Shown: piece by piece, positions 27,888 to 36,403 of the stretch
Numbering within the stretch: position 1 is the first letter of the stretch
How the letters are laid out: the number at the start of each line of letters is the position of its first letter
Origin: an uncultured Clostridia bacterium
GTDB taxonomy: Bacteria > Bacillota > Clostridia > Oscillospirales > CAG-382
Length of the DNA: 64,000 nucleotides
Reading direction: 5' to 3'
Assembly (NCBI GenBank): GCA_947628695.1
Contig: CANRAV010000009.1
Coordinates: 8,551-72,550 of the forward strand
Made by a program: the position numbers and the translations under genes
The notes under the pieces: model-generated
What the model was told of the DNA's origin: nothing
Databases searched by the model: none
Seen by the model: only the letters and a program-made list of their open reading frames with translations

Positions 27888-28430
27888 GTGAAGAAACTGA
27901 GTGCAGAGGACAAGGCGTATTTGAGAACCCTGATCATGGAAAACGAAAAATACATAAAACATGCCGTGACCAATACATTGGGGCCTCTTTTCGAATATTT
28001 GGCAGACGACGCCGTAGGCGAACTGTACCTGCTGGCATGTCAAAAGGTCGACGTGATCAAGACCTGCGACTCTCCAAGAGCCTGGTTGATAGTCGCCGCA
28101 AGATATGTGGCAAAGGGGCTTATAAAAAAGCAAAAGAAGGATCTTAACAGTGTGGAGCTTACAGAGGCATTAAACTCCGATGACGAAAACGTGTTTGAGG
28201 AAGCCGTATATAGAATATGGCTTGAAAACAAAATCCCCGAAAAGCTTATAGATTCTTTGACACAAAGAGAAAGAGAAGTGTACATAAAGCTGCACATAGA
28301 GAATAAAACGCCCAAAGAGGCAGCCGCCGAATTGGGTGTTACGGTAAATCTTGTACACAACGTAAACAAAAATCTTAAGGACAAAATCAAGGCCGAAATA
28401 AAGAAAAAGAATTTAAAAGGTTTTTATTGA
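27888..28430 (+). CDS. Sigma-70 family (ECF-like) RNA polymerase sigma factor
   Basis: Region-2-like PRAWLIVAARYVAKGLIKK. Region-4 HTH LTQREREVYIKLHIENKTPKEAAAELGVTVNLVHNVNKNLKDKI. The GTG at 27888 follows gggaggtg. An alternative in-frame GTG lies at 27873. Confidence 0.8.
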   Translation: MKKLSAEDKAYLRTLIMENEKYIKHAVTNTLGPLFEYLADDAVGELYLLACQKVDVIKTCDSPRAWLIVAARYVAKGLIKKQKKDLNSVELTEALNSDDENVFEEAVYRIWLENKIPEKLIDSLTQREREVYIKLHIENKTPKEAAAELGVTVNLVHNVNKNLKDKIKAEIKKKNLKGFY

Positions 28431-28477
28431 TTTTTTTGTAGTTTCGGACACTAATAAATGTCAAGGAGGTACATAAG

Positions 28478-29323
28478 GTGCGTAAAAACGCAGAACTTGA
28501 TAATCTTACCTGTCAAGAAATCAAGGAGATGATATATTCCGATAAAATAGATTTAGAGTCTCTCGATGTCCCTACCTTAAAAAGGCTGATGAACAACGAG
28601 GTCGATCTTTTGAGCAGAGGACGTGGTGACGAGAAGCTGTTTTGCCTTTGCTCCGACGTATTGAGCCGGAAGGAAGAGGCTTCCATGACTCACGAGCGGT
28701 TCGTGAGTGCAATAGATAAGGCCGAGAAGGCAGCGGATGCGTCGGCAAAAGCTACGGTAAACAAGAAAACAACGAAACGGGCAAGCTTTAAGAAAGCAGC
28801 TTTGATAGCAGCCGCTGTTCTTCTTGTCGCTGCAAGTATGACGGTGTTAATTGCCGCAGCTTTTGGCGTTGATATTTTTGCGTATATAAAAGAACTCAGC
28901 ACGAAGCCGGCAGGTACTACAATAGTAGTTGATAATTTTACTTTTCAAAATACCGGCGAACCAAAGGAGTATTCTTCTTTTGACGAAATGCTGAAAAGCG
29001 AGGGGATTGGTAATATTATATACCCGACTAAATGGCCAAATGATGCGGATATAACAGACGTCTATGTACTGGATAGCGGGCGGAACACGACTGAGCTTTT
29101 GATTTTAACAAGCGATCCGAGCATAAGCATGGATGTTGAGCTTGGCCTTTCGGAAGAAGGGGCAGACTTACAAGGCGAATTATATGTTTCCCACGGAATA
29201 ACATTTCATTTGTACAACAACGGTATGTGCTACGCATGCTGCTTTTACGGAGGGAATTACTACGATATTCAAGCTAATAATTTTGATGAGTTAAGATATA
29301 TCATTGACAATTTAAAAATGTGA
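28478..29323 (+). CDS. Putative anti-sigma factor: single-pass membrane protein with a ~150-aa extracytoplasmic domain
   Basis: It lies immediately after the sigma gene. One TM segment (AALIAAAVLLVAASMTVLIAAAF). GTG start after aaggagg. No recognisable zinc anti-sigma motif. The function is inferred from position and topology only. Confidence 0.5.
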   Translation: MRKNAELDNLTCQEIKEMIYSDKIDLESLDVPTLKRLMNNEVDLLSRGRGDEKLFCLCSDVLSRKEEASMTHERFVSAIDKAEKAADASAKATVNKKTTKRASFKKAALIAAAVLLVAASMTVLIAAAFGVDIFAYIKELSTKPAGTTIVVDNFTFQNTGEPKEYSSFDEMLKSEGIGNIIYPTKWPNDADITDVYVLDSGRNTTELLILTSDPSISMDVELGLSEEGADLQGELYVSHGITFHLYNNGMCYACCFYGGNYYDIQANNFDELRYIIDNLKM

Positions 29324-29335
29324 AAGGAAACTAAA

Positions 29336-31042
29336 ATGAAAAAATTACTTAGTAGTATTTTTTTGACAGCTGCCATGCTCTTCGGCGTGCTTTCTGCGGC
29401 CGGAATTTCCGCATCCGCAGAGGCAGCAGGCGGAGAATGGGGCGATTTGAGCTGGAGCCTCGACAGGGACGGCGTTCTTACCGTCTCCGGTCAGGGGGAG
29501 ATGGAAGATTTGCCCGCGGACAACACCGCCTGGCTCGCCTACCGTGAGAGCATCGAATCCGTAGTCATCTGTGACGGCGTTACTTCCATCGGTGAAGATG
29601 CGTTCCAAGGCTGCGATACTCTTAAAAGCGTTGCCGTTCCCGACAGCGTCACTTCGATAGGAGACTGCGCGTTCCAAAGCTGCGCTTCTCTTGCAAGTGT
29701 AAACATTCCCGACAGCGTCACTTCGATAGGAGAAAGCGCGTTCCAAAGCTGCGATTCTCTTACAAGTGTAGCCGTTCCCCGCAGCGTTGCTTCGATTGGG
29801 TTTCAGGCGTTTTCCGGTTGCGAAAAGCTTACCGAGGTGACCGTTTCATCCCCTTCGACGGGAGAGGGGGCGTTCTTCGGCTGCCCTATTGAAAAGCTTA
29901 CAATTACCGAAGGCGTTGTTACCATTGATGATTACTCCTTCAACTGTTGTCGGTCACTCAAAAGCGCGGTAATACCGGAAAGCGTTACTTCTATAGGGAA
30001 CGGCTCGTTCGGCGAATGCTCGTCTCTGACCGACATAACCATCCCCGACAGTGTTACTTACATCGGGAGCTATGCGTTCAGCAGCTGCTCCTCCCTGAAA
30101 AGCATAACTATACCCGATGGCGTTACCTCTGTTGAAGAGTGCACTTTCGGTCGCTGCAGTTCTCTTGTTGACGTTAATCTTCCCGACAGCATTACCAACA
30201 TAGGAAAGCATGCGTTTTCAAGCTGCTCTTCTCTTAGGGAGATAAACATTCCCAAAAATGTTAATCATATCGTATCAGGGGCGTTCGGCAGCTGCGACAA
30301 TCTCAGAACAATTACCGTAAGCGAAGAAAACCCCTATTACCACAGCGAAGGCAACTGTATTATCGAAACCGCTTCTAATTCCCTGAATACCGGCTGCAGA
30401 AACAGCGTTATTCCGAGCTATGTCAATTCCATAGAGTCCGAAGCTTTTTACTCATGCACTGCCCTTAAAAGCATAGTCATACCCGAGGGCGTTACTTTTA
30501 TCGGAGAAAGTGCGTTTGATAAATGCACCTCGCTTGAAAGCATAGAGCTTCCGAAAAGCCTTGCCAATGGAACTGTCGAATTCCGTGCGTTTGCCGATTG
30601 CGACAATCTCAAGCTTGTATATTCAAAATCCCCCTATATAATTATCGACAATCCTGAAACTGTAATCGTTCCAAAAGGGGTAACTCCGTTCCCCCATATC
30701 TTAGATGAATACAGAGTGACCGGCTCAGCCGTAATAAAAGGCGATGAGGTGGACTGGTACAAGAAGACCGAAGACTGCGCAGTCCATTATTACGAAGACG
30801 AGTACGACACGACCTGCAACATCTGCGGTGAAGTGAGGGAGCTTACCGTTTTCGGCGACGCGAACGGTGACAAGGCTGTCAACAATTTAGACGCCGCGTG
30901 CATCCTGCAGCACGACTCCGGCATCATCAGCCTTGAAGCAGGTGATATGTCTGCCGCAGACGTGGACGATGACGGAAGTGTCAACAACATTGACGCGTCT
31001 CTCATCCTTCAGCTTGACGCGGGGTTAATCGCGGGGTTCTAA
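29336..31042 (+). CDS. Secreted BspA-type leucine-rich-repeat protein with a C-terminal dockerin
   Basis: Signal peptide MKKLLSSIFLTAAMLFGVLSAAGISASA. More than 12 copies of a ~23-aa unit (IPDSVTSIGxxAFxxCxSLxSV). C-terminal GDANGDKAVNNLDAACILQHDSG...ADVDDDGSVNNIDASLILQLDAG. There is a 12-nt gap after the anti-sigma gene. Confidence 0.85.
   Translation: MKKLLSSIFLTAAMLFGVLSAAGISASAEAAGGEWGDLSWSLDRDGVLTVSGQGEMEDLPADNTAWLAYRESIESVVICDGVTSIGEDAFQGCDTLKSVAVPDSVTSIGDCAFQSCASLASVNIPDSVTSIGESAFQSCDSLTSVAVPRSVASIGFQAFSGCEKLTEVTVSSPSTGEGAFFGCPIEKLTITEGVVTIDDYSFNCCRSLKSAVIPESVTSIGNGSFGECSSLTDITIPDSVTYIGSYAFSSCSSLKSITIPDGVTSVEECTFGRCSSLVDVNLPDSITNIGKHAFSSCSSLREINIPKNVNHIVSGAFGSCDNLRTITVSEENPYYHSEGNCIIETASNSLNTGCRNSVIPSYVNSIESEAFYSCTALKSIVIPEGVTFIGESAFDKCTSLESIELPKSLANGTVEFRAFADCDNLKLVYSKSPYIIIDNPETVIVPKGVTPFPHILDEYRVTGSAVIKGDEVDWYKKTEDCAVHYYEDEYDTTCNICGEVRELTVFGDANGDKAVNNLDAACILQHDSGIISLEAGDMSAADVDDDGSVNNIDASLILQLDAGLIAGF
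29637..29774 (+). repeat. Near-identical 69-bp tandem duplication inside the LRR gene (two LRR units)
   Basis: ttcccgacagcgtcacttcgataggaga..gcgcgttccaaagctgcg.ttctctt.caagtgta is repeated with period 69 (29637 and 29706). A degenerate third unit follows. Confidence 0.8.
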
Positions 31043-31062
31043 ATTTCATACAGGCAAAACAA

Positions 31063-31098
31063 GGGGGCGGTGCCGTAAAGCATCGCCCCGTTTTTTTG
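31063..31098 (+). terminator. Intrinsic terminator after the LRR-dockerin gene
   Basis: ggggcg...cgcccc followed by gttttttt (31090-31097). Confidence 0.65.
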
Positions 31099-31105
31099 TG
31101 TGTTT

Positions 31106-31786
31106 TCAGTCGTTCGTGCTGTCCCCGTTGCCGCTTATGGGGATCATGTCGCCGAGGTAGGTGGGCTTAGCGCCGAACTTAACCGCGAAGAAATCCTTGT
31201 TTCTCGCCAACACCTCGCGCAGATTTCTCTGCTTTTCGCGGACGTAAACGTCGTAGTCCGAGTTGACACCGTACACCTCAAGCCCAAGCTTTTCCGCGAT
31301 ATACACCGCCCGGTACAGGTGGTATGACTGCGTCACTATCACAAGCTTTTTGACGCCGAAGATCTCCTTTGCCCTGTATATGCTTTCGTAGGTCGAAAAC
31401 CCGGCGTGATCCATAAACACGTCCTCGGAGGGGACGCCCTTTTCAATTGCGTAGCGCTTCATGACGTTGACTTCGTCATAGCCGACGCTGCCGTGGTCAC
31501 CGCTTACAAGCAGCTTCGGCGCTGCGCCGCTTTTGTACAGGTTTATCCCGCAAAGCAGCCTGTCCTCCAGCATGTCGCTTGGAGAAGAGCCGTTCACCTT
31601 GCAGCCGAGCACAAGCACGCAGTCAACGTCCTCAAGCTTTGCCGCCGCCTCCTCGCTTATAAAGCGCTGCTTTGCCGTGTTTTTGACAAAGGCGTTGATG
31701 CCGAAGACGGCACCTATACACAGGAACGCGCAAAGCGCACAGGCGGCAAAAACACACATAAGTATCTTCTTAGTCCTTCTTTTCAT
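31106..31786 (-). CDS. SanA/YdcF (DUF218) family membrane-anchored protein
   Basis: N-terminal TM segment, then DCVLVLGCKVNG...PKLLVSGDHGSVGYDEVNVMKRY...VIVTQSYHLYRAVYIA. Confidence 0.75.
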   Translation of the reverse strand: MKRRTKKILMCVFAACALCAFLCIGAVFGINAFVKNTAKQRFISEEAAAKLEDVDCVLVLGCKVNGSSPSDMLEDRLLCGINLYKSGAAPKLLVSGDHGSVGYDEVNVMKRYAIEKGVPSEDVFMDHAGFSTYESIYRAKEIFGVKKLVIVTQSYHLYRAVYIAEKLGLEVYGVNSDYDVYVREKQRNLREVLARNKDFFAVKFGAKPTYLGDMIPISGNGDSTND

Positions 31787-31840
31787 TTTTTCCCTTCCGA
31801 CAAAGAGGTCCGGCGTTATTATGCGCCGAACCTTCGTTTC

Positions 31841-33115
31841 TTATTTAACAATAACCGCAATCCCGTCCGGGATGACCGTTATCTTACTGTCGGCGCCGAC
31901 AATTGCCTCCGCCTTCTGCATTGCCTCTTCAAGGGTAAAGGCGTGCTCTATGTGCATGGCCTTTATCATGTCGGGGCTGCAGTGACGGCTTACGATTATA
32001 ACGGTGCACTTCGTAAGGATCCTGGCAAGTATCTGCGCTTCCCACTGGTCAAACTCCGTGTCAGACGGAGCTACTCCGTTCAAAGCGTCGTTGGCTGCCT
32101 TTGCAGACGGTTTATCGGCAAGCAGCTTATAGAAGAACTCGCCACCGTGGCCGTCCATGCAGGACGAAGCTATGATTATAACGCCGCCTTCCTTAACGCA
32201 GGCCTCGCCCGCAGTCATACCCTTGACGGTTTGGTAAATGTTCTGGTCAAGCGGATAGCCGCCGTTTGTGGTCACGACGATGTCCGCCGGTATCGCCTTC
32301 ACCTGTGCAAGGGAGGCGACAAACTCGCACCCCTTGGCGTGCGCTTCGCCAACGTCGCCGGCAAAGGCCGCTATAACCTTCTTCTCGCTGTTTATAACAA
32401 CGTTCAGAATAAACGCAAGCCCTGCGGCCTTTGCGGCGAAGAACATATCCTTGTGGATGGGGTTCTCCTCCAGGCTGCCTGCGCGCGCGTGCTTATCCGC
32501 GATAAACAGGGCGTTGTGGTTCCAAAGCACGGTCTTTTTGGAGGCTATGCCCGGAAGCACAGACTTCCTGCCGCCTGAAAAGCCGGCGAAGAAGTGCGGT
32601 TCTATAAACCCCTCGGATATAAGCAGGTCTGCCTCGTCGGCAAGCTTGTTTATCCAAAGCTCACCCCCGGAGGGGAGAATGCCCTTAAACGCCATGTCGC
32701 CGTCATTGTAAGCGTCGTGAACGACGATCTCCTCGTTCGCGACAATGTCCGCGCCGTACTTCGCAACAAGCTCGTCATGCGTGGTGGGACGGTGCATACC
32801 GGTTGCGACAAGAATGGTGATGCGGCAGTCTGCATTTGTGCTGCGTATCTCCTTCAAAAGCGCCGGCATCGTCACCGCGCTGGGCACGGGACGGGTGTGG
32901 TCGCTCGATATGATGACAACATGCTTCTTGCCGGCGGCCAGGTCGCGAAGCCTTGCAGAACCGATGGGGTTTGCAAGCGCTTCCTCTACAAGCTCCGTCT
33001 CGCCCTTTTCGGGAATGTACTCCTCCGAACGGCTGACAAGCACGCCTGCCAGCCTTTCGTCGGGAATATCAAGCTTCAGCTGCTCTTTAAAATACGGTAA
33101 AGCAAAGCTTGCCAT
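31841..33115 (-). CDS. LarA-family nickel-pincer (NPN)-dependent 2-hydroxyacid racemase/epimerase homolog
   Basis: 424 aa. IISSDHTRPVP, ATGMHRPTT and IEPHFFAGFSGGRKSVLPG (conserved Lys region) are visible. It is the last gene of a 3-gene operon. Confidence 0.85.
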   Translation of the reverse strand: MASFALPYFKEQLKLDIPDERLAGVLVSRSEEYIPEKGETELVEEALANPIGSARLRDLAAGKKHVVIISSDHTRPVPSAVTMPALLKEIRSTNADCRITILVATGMHRPTTHDELVAKYGADIVANEEIVVHDAYNDGDMAFKGILPSGGELWINKLADEADLLISEGFIEPHFFAGFSGGRKSVLPGIASKKTVLWNHNALFIADKHARAGSLEENPIHKDMFFAAKAAGLAFILNVVINSEKKVIAAFAGDVGEAHAKGCEFVASLAQVKAIPADIVVTTNGGYPLDQNIYQTVKGMTAGEACVKEGGVIIIASSCMDGHGGEFFYKLLADKPSAKAANDALNGVAPSDTEFDQWEAQILARILTKCTVIIVSRHCSPDMIKAMHIEHAFTLEEAMQKAEAIVGADSKITVIPDGIAVIVK

Positions 33116-33117
33116 GG

Positions 33118-34311
33118 TTATATTCTTGCAACGCCGGTTCTGCGTGCAGCATCTGCAACGGCCTTAGCAACGGCCTTACCCACTCTCGGGTCAAAGGCGG
33201 CAGGCATGATGTACTCCGGGTTAAGCTCCTCGTCGGAGATAAGACCGGCAATTGCCTCGGATGCGGCGATCTTCATCTCCTCGTTTATGTCGGAAGCCCT
33301 TACGTCGAACGCGCCCCTGAATATGCCGGGGAATGCAAGCACGTTGTTTATCTGGTTCGGGAAGTCGCTCCTGCCGGTGGCTATAACCTTTGCACCGCCA
33401 AGCTTTGCGTCGTCGGGGTAAATCTCCGGCGTGGGGTTGGCGCACGCGAATACTATGGCGTCCTTAGCCATGGTCTTAACCATGTCGACGGTTACCATGT
33501 TGGGTGCGGAAACGCCGATGAACACGTCAGCTCCGACAAGGACGTCCGCAAGCGAGCCGGCCTTCTTAGAAAGGTTGGTGACCTTTGCCATCTCGTCCTT
33601 TATCGGGTTCATGCCCTTTTCCCTGCCCTCGTAGATAGCACCGTTCCTGTCGCAAAGCGTTATGTCCTTAACGCCGGCGGAGAGGAGCAGACGGCAGATG
33701 GAAATTGCGGCGGCGCCTGCGCCGTTGATGACGATCTTTATGTCTTCCTTCTTCTTGCCGACAACCTTAAGCGCGTTGGTAAGACCCGCAAGGGTTACAA
33801 CCGCCGTGCCGTGCTGGTCGTCGTGGAATATCGGAATGTCGCAGACCTCTTTAAGCCTCTTCTCTATCTCGAAGCAGCGGGGAGCGGATATATCCTCCAG
33901 GTTTACGCCGCCGAAGCTACCGGATATAAGCTGAACGGTGCGGACGATATCGTCAACGTCCTTGCTCTTGATGCAAAGCGGGAAAGCGTCAACGTCGCCA
34001 AAGGCCTTGAAGAGGACGCACTTGCCCTCCATAACGGGCATGCCTGCCTCCGGCCCTATGTCGCCAAGGCCGAGAACCGCAGTGCCGTCCGTAACGACAA
34101 GGCACATGTTCCACCTTCTGGTAAGCTCGTAGGACTTGTTTACGTCCTTCTGTATCTCAAGACAGGGAGTGGCAACACCGGGAGTGTAGGCAAGGGAAAG
34201 GTCCTTCTTGTCCTTTACCTCAACGGTCGTTACAACCTCTATCTTGCCCTTCTTTGCGTAGTGCAAAGCAAGGCTTTCCTCTGCAATTGTCATTTTCTTT
34301 TCTTCGCTCAT
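33118..34311 (-). CDS. NAD(P)-dependent malic enzyme (short, MaeB N-domain-like form)
   Basis: 397 aa. LSLAYTPGVATPC...VVTDGTAVLGLGDIGPEAGMPVMEGK...FHDDQHGTAVV...INGAGAAAI. Confidence 0.9.
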   Translation of the reverse strand: MSEEKKMTIAEESLALHYAKKGKIEVVTTVEVKDKKDLSLAYTPGVATPCLEIQKDVNKSYELTRRWNMCLVVTDGTAVLGLGDIGPEAGMPVMEGKCVLFKAFGDVDAFPLCIKSKDVDDIVRTVQLISGSFGGVNLEDISAPRCFEIEKRLKEVCDIPIFHDDQHGTAVVTLAGLTNALKVVGKKKEDIKIVINGAGAAAISICRLLLSAGVKDITLCDRNGAIYEGREKGMNPIKDEMAKVTNLSKKAGSLADVLVGADVFIGVSAPNMVTVDMVKTMAKDAIVFACANPTPEIYPDDAKLGGAKVIATGRSDFPNQINNVLAFPGIFRGAFDVRASDINEEMKIAASEAIAGLISDEELNPEYIMPAAFDPRVGKAVAKAVADAARRTGVARI

Positions 34312-34329
34312 TGTCCTATACTCCTTTTA

Positions 34330-35457
34330 TCAATAGTTGCCGGAGAACATACCGCTGTTGTCGCCGGCGGCAAAGTCGCCAAAGTAGGCTTTTACGTCCA
34401 TACCGAGGTAGTTTGCCATGTCTATCATTTCTCTTACGGTGTTTTCGTTTACGGCTATGCCGTTCTTCTGCCTGTCTGCATACGCGGCGATTTCCTTTTC
34501 GCCGTGGGTGTAGATGCGCTCCTCCCCGTCGGCCTTGGGGCTTTCACGCAGCTCCTGCAGATAGGTGCTGAAGTGCTTTTTGATGTCCTCCGGGTCGCCG
34601 AAGAAGGAGGGGTTGATCGCCATAAAGCCGTGGCAGATGCCGCTTTTGCCGTTCTTCATGCAGTAGTTGGAGGTAACGCCCTGGGAGAGGATGGATGCAA
34701 AGAACTCGCAAACCATGCCCCAGCCGTAGCCCTTGTGGCTGCCGAGCTTTTCCGTAGAGCCGCCGAGAGGCATTATGCCGCCGCCGTTCTTGGCAACGAT
34801 GTTTTGAAGCACGTCTGCCGCGTTGGTGGAAGGATGACCGTCCTTGTCAAGCGCCCACCCGTCCGGAAGGGGCTTGCCCATCTTGTTGTACATCTCAAGC
34901 TTGCCGCGTGTAACAACGGTAGTGGAAGCGTCGAAGAAGAAGGGATACGGGTCTGCGGGTGCGGACATTGCGATGGGGTTGGAGCCTATCATCGCAAGAC
35001 GGCCGAAGGTGGGAACCATTATAGCCTCGGAATTGGTGCAGGCGAAGCCGATAAGCCCCTTGTCGCAAGCCATTTTTGCATAGTAGCCGGCAATGCCGAA
35101 GTGGTTGGAGTTCCTGACGGAAACGATGCCGACACCGGCAGTCTCCGCCTTTTTGATGGCAAGCTCCATTGCAGAGCGGCCGACAAGCTGACCCATTGCG
35201 TCGTGCGCGTCTATAACCGCAGAAACGGGAGTTTCAAAAACGGTCTCCGGCTTGGCGTCGATTTTAATTGTGCCCTTTTCAATGCCCTTGTGATACCTTA
35301 CAAGGCGCTGCATACCGTGGCTTTCTATACCGTAAAGGTCGGAAAGAAGAAGCACGTCGGTAATTGTCCTGGCTTCCGATTCGTTAAAACCGAATTTCGT
35401 AAAAGCCTCCATACAAAACTTGTCAAGATGCGCTACCGGATATGTCACATATCCCAC
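34330..35457 (-). CDS. Ldh_2 family (malate/L-lactate/sulfolactate-type) 2-hydroxyacid dehydrogenase
   Basis: 375 aa. LLLSDLYGIESHGMQRLVRY...VRNSNHFGIAGYYA...IGSNPIA... GTG start. Confidence 0.8.
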   Translation of the reverse strand: MGYVTYPVAHLDKFCMEAFTKFGFNESEARTITDVLLLSDLYGIESHGMQRLVRYHKGIEKGTIKIDAKPETVFETPVSAVIDAHDAMGQLVGRSAMELAIKKAETAGVGIVSVRNSNHFGIAGYYAKMACDKGLIGFACTNSEAIMVPTFGRLAMIGSNPIAMSAPADPYPFFFDASTTVVTRGKLEMYNKMGKPLPDGWALDKDGHPSTNAADVLQNIVAKNGGGIMPLGGSTEKLGSHKGYGWGMVCEFFASILSQGVTSNYCMKNGKSGICHGFMAINPSFFGDPEDIKKHFSTYLQELRESPKADGEERIYTHGEKEIAAYADRQKNGIAVNENTVREMIDMANYLGMDVKAYFGDFAAGDNSGMFSGNY

Positions 35458-35554
35458 TTAAATCATTCCTTTCAAAAAGTAATTTTTAACATTGCCTGTA
35501 TCTTGTTTCTATTATATAATCTACCACAATTTACTGCTTATTGCAAGAGCTTTT

Positions 35555-36403
35555 TTATTTCTTCACATGGTTTTTATACGCGGTAAGCGTGTTTTCAAGG
35601 AGCATTGCCCTTGTCATGGGGCCGACCCCGCCCGGAACGGGCGTTATGTACGACACTTTGCCCGCACAGCTTTCAAAGTCAACGTCGCCGCAAAGGCCGT
35701 TTTCGCCCCTGTTCATGCCAACGTCCACTACGACCGCGCCGTCCTTGACCATGTCGCCGTTTATAAGCTTTTCCTTTCCGACGGCGACCACAAGTATATC
35801 GGCGCGGCGCGTGTGGGAGGCGAGATCCGACGTTTTGCTGTGGCAGGTGGTGACGGTGCCTCCGTCCTGAAGCAGCAGAAGGCTCATGGGCTTGCCGACG
35901 ATGTTGCTTCTGCCCACGACGACGCACTCCTTGCCCTCGGCCTTTATGCCATACTCCGCAAGCAGGCGCATTATCCCCGCCGGGGTGCAGGGCTTAAAGC
36001 CCTCCCTGCCAAGCGTAATGCAGCCCACGTTCACCGCGCTGAAGGCGTCAACGTCCTTGTCCGGCCTTATCCTCTCCGTAACGGCCCTTTCGTCAAGCCC
36101 TGCGGGAAGCGGAAGCTGAACAAGTATGCCGTCTACGCTGTCGTCTGCGTTAAGGCTGTCTATAAGCCCGAAAAGCTCGTCCTCCGCCGTGTCAGCCGCC
36201 ATGGTGTACATAAGGCTTTTTATGCCCACAGACAAGCAGTCGTTGTGCTTGCTTCGCACATATATCTGCGACGCGGGATCCTCGCCCACAAGCACCACCG
36301 CAAGGCAGGGCGGGCGCAGCCCCTTTTCCGCAAAGCCCTTTATTTCCTCTGCAAAGCCGTCCTTAAGCTTTGCCGCAAGCGCCTTTCCGTCAAGCTTCAT
36401 CAT
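35555..36403 (-). CDS. folD: Bifunctional methylenetetrahydrofolate dehydrogenase/methenyl-THF cyclohydrolase
   Basis: MMKLDGKALAAKLKDGF...PCLAVVLVGEDPASQIYVRSK...VVVGRSNIVGKPMSLLLL...PVPGGVGPMT. The start at 36403 follows gaaggagg. The track extension of 30 codons was rejected. Confidence 0.93.
   Translation of the reverse strand: MMKLDGKALAAKLKDGFAEEIKGFAEKGLRPPCLAVVLVGEDPASQIYVRSKHNDCLSVGIKSLMYTMAADTAEDELFGLIDSLNADDSVDGILVQLPLPAGLDERAVTERIRPDKDVDAFSAVNVGCITLGREGFKPCTPAGIMRLLAEYGIKAEGKECVVVGRSNIVGKPMSLLLLQDGGTVTTCHSKTSDLASHTRRADILVVAVGKEKLINGDMVKDGAVVVDVGMNRGENGLCGDVDFESCAGKVSYITPVPGGVGPMTRAMLLENTLTAYKNHVKK

Noticed and set aside
27700-31105. Mobile genetic element or prophage remnant as the explanation for the AT-richer island
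   Set aside because: I could see no integrase, transposase or recombinase gene, no flanking direct or inverted repeats, and no tRNA target. The region is kept as a compositional island only.
33109-35586. 825-aa plus-strand ORF, the longest in its region
   Set aside because: It lies entirely antisense to two minus-strand genes with strong family motifs (malic enzyme and Ldh_2). Its translation is low-complexity (G/A/V/L/R-rich) with no recognisable motif. Long stop-free antisense frames are expected in GC-rich coding DNA.
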